Positions 1-6,616 of a stretch of DNA of 64,000 nucleotides are shown here, piece after piece; position 1 is the stretch's first letter, and every line of letters starts with the position of its first letter. Made by a program: the position numbers and the translations under genes. Below the pieces are notes generated by a model, which saw nothing but the letters and a program-made list of their open reading frames with translations, ran no database searches and had not been told where the DNA came from. The stretch lies in NCBI GenBank assembly GCA_036170915.1, contig JAVHQC010000016.1:133627-197626 (forward strand), given 5' to 3'. The stretch comes from Cyanobacteria bacterium auto_48_18 (GTDB taxonomy: Bacteria; Cyanobacteriota; Vampirovibrionia; Obscuribacterales; Obscuribacteraceae).

Positions 1-281
1 AGACTGCAGCTAAAAAAGCAGCTCCAAAAAAAGCTACCGCCAAAAAGACCGTAGCTAAGAAAGCCGCTCCTAAAAAGACTACAGCTAAAAAAGCAGCTCC
101 TAAAAAAGCCACAGCTAAAAAGACCGTAGCCAAAAAAGCAGCTCCTAAGAAAGCTGTTGCAAAAAAAGCTCCTGCTAAAAAAGCTGGCGCTAAGAAACCA
201 GCAAAACGCGCAAGTGCTAAGCGCACTAAAGCTGCTGCAACCCCAGCAATGGGCGGAGACAGCGGCGGAATGGGCGAATAA
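1..281 (+). CDS. Histone H1-like Lys/Ala-rich nucleoid protein (5' truncated by window edge)
   Basis: Frame from nt 3 reads [25 protein letters not shown]...[11 protein letters not shown], stop TAA at 279-281. Pentapeptide xxAKK/APKK repeats are typical of Hc1/Hc2/H1-like proteins. Not in the ORF track because there is no start codon. Confidence 0.75.
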   Translation, partial: TAAKKAAPKKATAKKTVAKKAAPKKTTAKKAAPKKATAKKTVAKKAAPKKAVAKKAPAKKAGAKKPAKRASAKRTKAAATPAMGGDSGGMGE

Positions 282-316
282 TTGAAAGATTGACTCTGTA
301 GTTAATTGAACAATTG

Positions 317-346
317 AAAAAGGTCTCGGTTAGCCGAGACCTTTTT
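317..346. terminator. Bidirectional intrinsic terminator
   Basis: AAAAAGGTCTCGG-TTAG-CCGAGACCTTTTT perfect hairpin with A/T tracts, between convergent genes. Confidence 0.85.
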
Positions 347-400
347 GTTTGACTCAAAAAAAAGTCAGTCTGATAAATTGCGTGTAATCTTTTGCTGTGT

Positions 401-1120
401 TCAATTCTGATTAGTATCGCTGGCAGTGCAGAGGGAAATACTCTGTCTATGCAGAAATTTCAAACTGTCGCTCCATATTTGATCAAGGCTTTGAGCTAGT
501 TCATGGCCATCATTCAACTGCACGAGTTCAACCAGCTTCGTGTTCGCTGAGGCAAAGACAACGGAATGCTCTAGCGGAACAGTCTCGTCGTTCACTCCGT
601 GAAAAACTATGGTTGGTGTTTTTACTCGAAAGTCTTCAGTTTGAATATTTTGCAATTCTTCAGTAAAAGCATAATGCAAAGCTTTATCACTATTGGCTCC
701 GTAGTGAAAAAATTGCCTAGCCCCTGTTTCTTTCCACGCAGCCATACCATCTGCGCCAATAATTTGCGGCCATCTTTTAGTAATGCCGAAACCTGGAGCA
801 AGCAGTATCAAAGCAGCTACATTGGCAAGTTGAGGCTCCAACAATGCGGCCAAAAGTCCACCCATGCTCGAGCCTACCAACACCAGCGGACCAGCCCCTA
901 ATTGCAACGCTGAAGTTTGTGAGACCTCAATTTGACTGGCAATTGAAAGCTGCTCAAAGGTCGGCACATTTAAATCAGGAGTTGCGCATCGCCAGCTCTG
1001 CTGTTTGATTTTATCTTGAAAAAATTTTGCTTTGCGTGATGCCGGCGACGACGCAAAACCATGCAGATAGAGAAAATTTATGGCAGATTGACTGGTCAAT
1101 TGATCAAGGTGTTTTGACAA
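401..1120 (-). CDS. YqiA/YcfP (UPF0227) alpha/beta hydrolase esterase
   Basis: LYLHGFASSP, nucleophile elbow GSSMGG, HGVNDETVP (Asp) and DGHEL (His). Confidence 0.85.
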   Translation of the reverse strand: MSKHLDQLTSQSAINFLYLHGFASSPASRKAKFFQDKIKQQSWRCATPDLNVPTFEQLSIASQIEVSQTSALQLGAGPLVLVGSSMGGLLAALLEPQLANVAALILLAPGFGITKRWPQIIGADGMAAWKETGARQFFHYGANSDKALHYAFTEELQNIQTEDFRVKTPTIVFHGVNDETVPLEHSVVFASANTKLVELVQLNDGHELAQSLDQIWSDSLKFLHRQSISLCTASDTNQN

Positions 1121-1697
1121 AACCGTAGAACGGATTTGAATTGATTAGCGAGATCAGTTGAATCTCAAGCAATGCTTTGTCTGATGCATCAGCTTTAGTG
1201 ACCAGCAGTTTATCTTCGGTGGAATAAAATCCGTAGACCCAAACTCTCTGGTCTTGTTCAACGCAGCAAATCCATTGATGAAAATTCGGTGGCTGAATCA
1301 AGTAATAAACAAATGCGCTGACTTCACCTTGCTTGAAAAAGTTAGGCAGACTTTCGCGCCAGGAATTTTTATCGAGCAAATAAATCGTCTGACGAACAAA
1401 ACCACTATCTGAAACTTGAATGGCATTATCGAGTTTTTCAAAACCTGACCATTTGGCAGGCAGATAAATAAAGAGGGAGCCTTCGAGATCGGTGCCGAAG
1501 TCTAGGGGCTTCAATGTCCATTCGGGAGTCTGGCTGGAATGAACAAAAGTATCGAAGCTGAACTTCTCTGGGGCCATGCCCAATTTGCTGGCCAAAGTGG
1601 GTGTACAGGCTTCTACAGTAGCTTCGGGGAAGCGACCGTTATCTACCCAGTCTTCAAAGATCTGCTGAAAGTAGGAGTGAATCGTTGTCTGGGTCAT
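1104..1697 (-). CDS. Hypothetical protein
   Basis: 197-aa ORF overlapping the start of the hydrolase gene by 17 nt (operon-like). No motif recognised. Confidence 0.6.
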   Translation of the reverse strand: MTQTTIHSYFQQIFEDWVDNGRFPEATVEACTPTLASKLGMAPEKFSFDTFVHSSQTPEWTLKPLDFGTDLEGSLFIYLPAKWSGFEKLDNAIQVSDSGFVRQTIYLLDKNSWRESLPNFFKQGEVSAFVYYLIQPPNFHQWICCVEQDQRVWVYGFYSTEDKLLVTKADASDKALLEIQLISLINSNPFYGFVKTP

Positions 1698-1813
1698 CGG
1701 TTTGACTTTAGTAAGGAGAAGTGAAATCGCTAATAAGCTTACTAGATATAACGGACAGGAGGAATAATAATTCTTGCGCGCTGCTTAATGCGACCAAATT
1801 AGGCTTCGCTATA

Positions 1814-1841
1814 TTGACAAGCCCTCAATCGTTAAGATACT
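1814..1841 (+). promoter_or_regulatory. Candidate sigma70 promoter for the RiPP precursor operon
   Basis: TTGACA (1814-1819), 16-nt spacer, GATACT (1836-1841). Confidence 0.35.
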
Positions 1842-2013
1842 TTGCACCCCGCAACCTGGCCACAGTCGAGCTATTGCTCGTTTTACATACTTGTAACCTG
1901 CTAAAGAACCGCATTTAATAAGTTTGTACTAGCATGACCCACATGTTGATGTACTTACTCAGGCAGTGTTTTGGGAAGTCTTCAATCTACATATTCCACT
2001 TCTGGAGGTCTAA

Positions 2014-2388
2014 ATGCAGAAGACTCAATTAGCAGCAGCTCTCGTAGCAGTTCTCGGTCTGACAGTAAACGGAGCAGCTCGTGCTGCTGACGAACCAACA
2101 ACCACCGAAAAAGAAACAGTTAAAACCGAGAAAAAAGTTAAAACTGAAAAGAAAATCAAAGTAGCAAAGAAAGACAAAGAGTGCGCTAAAGAGTGCAAAG
2201 AAAAAGGCAAAGATGCTTCGTGCAAAGGCAAAGAAGGATCTTGTAAAGGCAAAGAAGGTTCATGCAAAGCCAAAGATGAATCTGCCAAAGGCAAAGAAGG
2301 ATCTTGCAAAGGCAAAGAAGGCGCCTGCAAAACCACCAAAGAGACAAAAGAAACTAAAGAAGTAAAAGAAACAAAAGAATCTAAGTAG
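2014..2388 (+). CDS. Secreted Cys-repeat RiPP precursor (MNIO substrate; oxazolin/bufferin-like)
   Basis: GGAGG RBS, Sec signal peptide (..ARAA/DE), Lys/Glu-rich body, six KGKEGSC-type heptads and 7 Cys in total. Lies directly upstream of a DUF692 gene. Confidence 0.85.
   Translation: MQKTQLAAALVAVLGLTVNGAARAADEPTTTEKETVKTEKKVKTEKKIKVAKKDKECAKECKEKGKDASCKGKEGSCKGKEGSCKAKDESAKGKEGSCKGKEGACKTTKETKETKEVKETKESK
2203..2328 (+). repeat. 6 x 21-bp tandem coding repeat
   Basis: AAAGGCAAAGAAGGATCTTGY-like units encoding KGKDASC KGKEGSC KGKEGSC KAKDESA KGKEGSC KGKEGAC. Confidence 0.9.
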
Positions 2389-2394
2389 AATTCA

Positions 2395-2431
2395 TTAGTC
2401 AGCGGGCACTCCTGCTGACTGAATTTTTTTT
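2395..2431 (+). terminator. Intra-operon terminator/attenuator after the precursor gene
   Basis: TTAGTCAGCGGG-CACT-CCTGCTGACTGA stem followed by a T run. Confidence 0.75.
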
Positions 2432-2447
2432 AGGGATTGCCATAAAA

Positions 2448-3314
2448 ATGTCTAGCGGCTTTCTCACCGCCAAAAAACAAATGCCTAACCTCGGAGTTGG
2501 GCTTGGTTTAAGGCGTGAGTTAGCCGCTCAGACTATGGCCCATAAAGACTCTATCGACTGGCTCGAGCTCGTACCCGAAAATTATATGGACCTGGGCGGA
2601 AAAACCCGCCAGCGTCTCGATGCAGCTCTTGAAAAGTTTCCTCTTGTGACACATGGTGTCAACCTTTCCATCGGCAGCACCGATGAGCTCAGTCAAGATT
2701 ATCTGAGCTCCATCGCCCGCCTGCTCAATAAAATTGATGCTCCCTGGTGGAGTGATCACCTCTGTTTTACTTCTCTCGAAAACTCCTACCTGCACGATCT
2801 GTTGCCTCTACCGCTTTCGGCCGAGGCTTTGAAGCATGTGGTCAAAAGAGTAAAAACGGCTCAGCATGTTGTTGGCCGTCCTTTTCTTTTGGAGAACATT
2901 TCCTACTATATGGATATGCCTGGTGCTCAGATGGAAGAGGTTGATTTTCTTGCTCAAGTGTTAGAAAAAGCAGACTGTGGTTTACTTCTCGACGTCAACA
3001 ATGTTTATGTCAATTCGGTCAATCACAATTTTGACCCTTACCGCTATTTAGACAGACTGCCACTTGAGCGCACAGTACAGATTCACGTGGCCGGTCACAG
3101 TCATGGCGATGAACTGTTGATTGATACTCACGGCGCACCTGTTATTGAGCCTGTTTTCGAGCTGCTCGAATATGTGCTTAAACGCACTGATGTAAAAGCA
3201 ATCATGCTTGAGCGTGATCAAAATTATCCTGAGTTCAGTGAAATTCTGGCTGAGCTGGCTCAAATTCGCGAAATCGTCATGCGCGTGCGACCCAGCGTTG
3301 CTGCTTGCGCCTGA
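2448..3314 (+). CDS. DUF692 family multinuclear non-heme iron oxidative enzyme (MNIO; MbnB/HvfB/BufB-like)
   Basis: GVGLGLR, WLELVPENY, HGVNLSIG, WWSDHLC, LLENIS, LLLDVNNVY, QIHVAGH, IDTHG and LERD motifs. Confidence 0.95.
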   Translation: MSSGFLTAKKQMPNLGVGLGLRRELAAQTMAHKDSIDWLELVPENYMDLGGKTRQRLDAALEKFPLVTHGVNLSIGSTDELSQDYLSSIARLLNKIDAPWWSDHLCFTSLENSYLHDLLPLPLSAEALKHVVKRVKTAQHVVGRPFLLENISYYMDMPGAQMEEVDFLAQVLEKADCGLLLDVNNVYVNSVNHNFDPYRYLDRLPLERTVQIHVAGHSHGDELLIDTHGAPVIEPVFELLEYVLKRTDVKAIMLERDQNYPEFSEILAELAQIREIVMRVRPSVAACA

Positions 3315-3357
3315 CCAGAGCAAGAGTAACTGTAGTAAGAAAAAAGAAGAAGAAAAA

Positions 3358-4218
3358 GTGGAAGCGCCGAGCTTACGTGATATCGAATTAGCTCTTACCA
3401 CCCTCTGGACTCGACGGGCCCAGCGCGAAAGTTTTCTTGCCGGGTCCGCGTCGCAAGCTGGTATACATCCGGCTCTGGTCAAGCATATTGATGTGCGCGG
3501 AGTTAAACTCTACGCTTCGCTTATCGAGCACGGGCGCCTCGATTTGATGGCGTCTATTTATCCGCACTGCAAAAAGATCTTGGGCAAGCATTTCACTTCT
3601 ACCGTGCATGATTACATGGAAACCATGCCTCCTGAGCATTTCAATCTCAATCAGGCAGCGCGCAAATTTGCTCAGTTTCTGGCCGTGCACGAATCAACTC
3701 AGGCGCTCAGACAAAAGCATGCTTTCCTTGCTGAGCTGGCTGATTATGAATGGATCGAACTGGAAGTTATGGAATCAAACGTGGAAGTCCATGCGCCAGC
3801 GGTGCAAGAAAACCTGCAAACTAAAGCTGACTCTGAAGCTAAATTGGAACAAGACTTAGATCTGCATGCATTTGCCACATCGGTGCCGCAGCTCAACCCT
3901 ACTTTGATTGCGCGGGCATATAAATATCCAATTAGTGAAATTGTCAGCAAAATCGAACATGACGAAAAATTGCCGCGTCGCCAGAAGGCCGAAGCGAGCT
4001 GGGTGTTGGCTTTACGCGCAGCTGATCACGAAGCGCGCTATGTAGATATAAGTGAGCTTGCCTACATCCTGGTGCAAGCAATTATTGCCAACAGTTCCAT
4101 TACTTATGGCGAGCTGATTGCACTTGCCTGTAGTCACAGCAGCGACAGTGCCGAAGAAACAGTGGCCGATTTTCTCACCATGGTTGAAGATTTCAAAGAA
4201 ATTGCCGTAATTTTATAG
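3358..4218 (+). CDS. MNIO partner protein (DUF2063/HvfC/BufC-like)
   Basis: GVKLYASL..L.SIYP, FAQFL, FLAELADYEW and YKYPI motifs, directly after DUF692. I chose the GTG at 3358 as start; the track ORF begins at 3208 and overlaps DUF692. Confidence 0.85.
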   Translation: MEAPSLRDIELALTTLWTRRAQRESFLAGSASQAGIHPALVKHIDVRGVKLYASLIEHGRLDLMASIYPHCKKILGKHFTSTVHDYMETMPPEHFNLNQAARKFAQFLAVHESTQALRQKHAFLAELADYEWIELEVMESNVEVHAPAVQENLQTKADSEAKLEQDLDLHAFATSVPQLNPTLIARAYKYPISEIVSKIEHDEKLPRRQKAEASWVLALRAADHEARYVDISELAYILVQAIIANSSITYGELIALACSHSSDSAEETVADFLTMVEDFKEIAVIL

Positions 4219-5061
4219 ACTGGCAAAAGCATCGACTACAGTTTGATTGGCTGAGACATTCTCTGCTTCGCCGCTGTTGCTGAGCCAGAGCAAATATTCA
4301 ATGTTGCCTGATGGACCTTTTAGTGGTGAATATGTCAGGCCTCTAATTTTGAGACCCAGCCGACTGGCAAAATCCATTACTGTTTGCAAAACTTCAACGT
4401 GCACAACAGGCTCACGCACCACCCCGCCTTTGCCTACTTTTTCGCGACCGGCTTCGAACTGCGGCTTAATCAGAAGCACCAGTTCTTTTTCTTTTTCGTC
4501 GAGCAAATTGAGCACAGATTCAAGAATTTTTGTCACTGATATAAACGATACGTCCGCCACAGCTAATGTGGCTTTAGGCTTCTCTAAAAGGTCACCATAT
4601 AGTTTTTCTGCAGTGAGAAAGCGAATATTAGTGCGCTCCATAGTCAACACCCTGTTGTCGCTGCGCAACGACCAGTCAAGCTGACCATAACCAACATCAA
4701 TAGCGTAAATAAAAGCAGCACCGGCTTTGAGTAGACAATCGCTAAAGCCGCCAGTGGAAGCACCGGCGTCAAGGCAAATGCGACCGCTCACCGGTATGGA
4801 AAAAAACTGCAAGGCCTTTTCTAATTTTAGACCGCCACGACTGACATAAATGCAGCGTACATAGCTTGCCACCACCTCTATATTGGCGTCGAGATTCACA
4901 GCTTGACCTGGTTTAGTCGATTTTTCGCCATTGACCAGTATGCCACCGTCCATGATGGCAGTGCGCGCGCTCTCGCGAGAGGGGAATAAACTGCGGTTGA
5001 CTAAAATTTGATCCAGGCGATCTTGATTTTTGTTTTTAGGTTTTTCTGCCGGATTTTTCAT
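4213..5061 (-). CDS. tlyA: TlyA family rRNA 2'-O-methyltransferase (S4 + FtsJ-type domains)
   Basis: RLDQILV, YVSRGGLKLEKAL, LDAGASTGGFSD, DVSFIS, LIKPQFE and GNIEYL motifs. Probable start is the ATG at 5061 (MKNP). Confidence 0.95.
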   Translation of the reverse strand: MKNPAEKPKNKNQDRLDQILVNRSLFPSRESARTAIMDGGILVNGEKSTKPGQAVNLDANIEVVASYVRCIYVSRGGLKLEKALQFFSIPVSGRICLDAGASTGGFSDCLLKAGAAFIYAIDVGYGQLDWSLRSDNRVLTMERTNIRFLTAEKLYGDLLEKPKATLAVADVSFISVTKILESVLNLLDEKEKELVLLIKPQFEAGREKVGKGGVVREPVVHVEVLQTVMDFASRLGLKIRGLTYSPLKGPSGNIEYLLWLSNSGEAENVSANQTVVDAFASL

Positions 5062-5168
5062 TTTTATTACGTGATTCACTTGGCAGCCGAGGGCCCAGGC
5101 GAAAGCGCTGACTTCATTAACGGCCCAGATACTGTAGAATATCAACTATCAGCTAAGCCGTCATATGT

Positions 5169-5254
5169 GGAGTAGACCTGGCTGGATGAAGACACCGCCT
5201 TGAAAGCGGCTGCCCCGAAAGGGGTTGGGGGTTCGAGTCCCTCCTGCTCCGCCA
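5169..5254 (+). tRNA. tRNA-Ser(UGA), type II with long variable arm and an atypical D arm
   Basis: Acceptor GGAGTAG/CTGCTCC, discriminator G and encoded CCA. Anticodon loop CT-TGA-AA (TGA at 5201-5203). Variable arm GCCCC-GAAA-GGGGT. T arm GGGGG-TTCGAGT-CCCTC. Confidence 0.85.
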
Positions 5255-5291
5255 CTTTTAAAGCCCCCCGATTTGATGTTCAATTCAGTCA

Positions 5292-6593
5292 ATGCAAATC
5301 TGGGTCGCCATATCAAATTCAGAGCTGACTAATCTAGACCATAGAGAAGTCGAACTGCGTGCTGCCGCATTGACTATCGACTCGTCAGCGGCCACCGCTC
5401 ATGATTTTGTGCCTACCAGTCTGCCGGTGCGGCTCAAGCTCAAAGGCACTGGTCTGATAGTCTCGTGGCCGGGTGGCGGTTTTGAAACAAAAGCCGGCCA
5501 GATCATATTTTCGGCGGACAGCGCCATTACTGTGGCCTCCATAAAAAGGGCCGGTGGCAAAAGTATACATCCGAGCTATCTCGGTAAAATTCGTGTTGCT
5601 AATTTAAAGGGTAAACTGCGCCTCTCTCTGCAAGTAAGCCTAGACCAGTATTTGCGTGGTGTGCTTGAAGCCGAAATGCCCGCCAGTTACCATGCTGAAG
5701 CTCTCAAATGCCAGGCCCTGGCAGCGCGCACCTATGCACTGAAACCTAGATTGCCTCACGATCTAGACAATGCCAATGTCTGCGACTCATATCTTTGCTG
5801 TCAGTATTTTGCCGGGCTCGGTGCTATCGATCCGCGCATCGAGCGCGCCGTAGTGGCCACAGCCGGGCAGGTGCTTGCTTACAATGGCGAACCACTATTG
5901 GCACTTTTTAGCTCTAACGCCGGCGGTCACACAGAAAATTATGAAAATTGTTTTTCCGATCCGCAAAGCGGGGCATTTCCGCCGGCACCACTGCCCTATT
6001 TAAAAGGCGTGCCTGAAGGAAAGTTTGCCATAGCGGCAGGATCCGAGGCCTTTTTACGCTACCTCTACAACGCAGTGGCAGTCAAGCATGAGCTGATTTC
6101 GGCTGACAGCTGGACACCAAAATTTCACTGGAAAGTGCAGTTATCGGCTGACGCCCTAGAGGCACACATGCACCATGTGGTGGAAAAATTAGCAGCTAGC
6201 GCCGACACCGCACCATATGTGGTGCCGCCAAAATCTGGCAAGTTTGGTCACATTCATGGTTTTGAAGTAGTTAAGCGCGGGGTATCGGGCGTAGCCATCA
6301 CCCTAAAAATAAAAACCAGCACAGGCGATTGGCTCGTAAGCAAAGAGCTTACGATTCGCAAAGCATTCGCGAATGCCGACGTGAAATTAGCCAGGCTGAG
6401 TAGTGCGCGGCTTTTCTTCGAGCAAGGCCACGATAAACTTGGCTTGCTTAGCCATTTGACTGTCTATGGCCTGGGCTTCGGACACGGAGTTGGCCTACAA
6501 CAAACTGGCGCCCAGGGTTTTGCCAAGGCCGGCCAGAATTATCGCCAGATTCTCAGCCATTATTTTCCGGGCTCAGAAATTCAGGTTCTGTAG
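5292..6593 (+). CDS. SpoIID/LytB family lytic transglycosylase
   Basis: YLRGVLEAEMP, EALKCQALAARTYA, CQYF, FSSNAGGHTE, GLGFGHGVGLQQTGA and ILSHYFPG motifs. Confidence 0.92.
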   Translation: MQIWVAISNSELTNLDHREVELRAAALTIDSSAATAHDFVPTSLPVRLKLKGTGLIVSWPGGGFETKAGQIIFSADSAITVASIKRAGGKSIHPSYLGKIRVANLKGKLRLSLQVSLDQYLRGVLEAEMPASYHAEALKCQALAARTYALKPRLPHDLDNANVCDSYLCCQYFAGLGAIDPRIERAVVATAGQVLAYNGEPLLALFSSNAGGHTENYENCFSDPQSGAFPPAPLPYLKGVPEGKFAIAAGSEAFLRYLYNAVAVKHELISADSWTPKFHWKVQLSADALEAHMHHVVEKLAASADTAPYVVPPKSGKFGHIHGFEVVKRGVSGVAITLKIKTSTGDWLVSKELTIRKAFANADVKLARLSSARLFFEQGHDKLGLLSHLTVYGLGFGHGVGLQQTGAQGFAKAGQNYRQILSHYFPGSEIQVL

Positions 6594-6616
6594 CCTGAAA
6601 GTTTGCCAGCTTAGGT

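Noticed and set aside
1893..1918. GTAACC as an ECF (SigF-like) -35 element for the RiPP operon
   Set aside because: The expected CGAA-like -10 is absent at 16-nt spacing (TTAA instead), and no ECF sigma gene is nearby.
2203..2328. Short regular repeats as a possible CRISPR array
   Set aside because: Contiguous in-frame coding repeats with no unique spacers, and no cas genes in the window.
2025..2339. 104-aa antisense ORF with PSLPLQD repeats
   Set aside because: Mirror of the precursor's 21-bp repeats. The plus-strand gene has the RBS, signal peptide and operon context.
3208..3357. N-terminal extension of the MNIO partner in the ORF track
   Set aside because: Overlaps the DUF692 3' end by over 100 nt. 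Family-like sequence begins near the GTG at 3358.
5169..5254. tRNA-Sec or opal suppressor reading
   Set aside because: The anticodon is UGA (reads UCA, Ser), not UCA. The acceptor/T arms are 7/5 bp.
5255..6600. Integrative element at the tRNA 3' end
   Set aside because: No integrase, and I saw no duplicated tRNA 3' fragment in the window.
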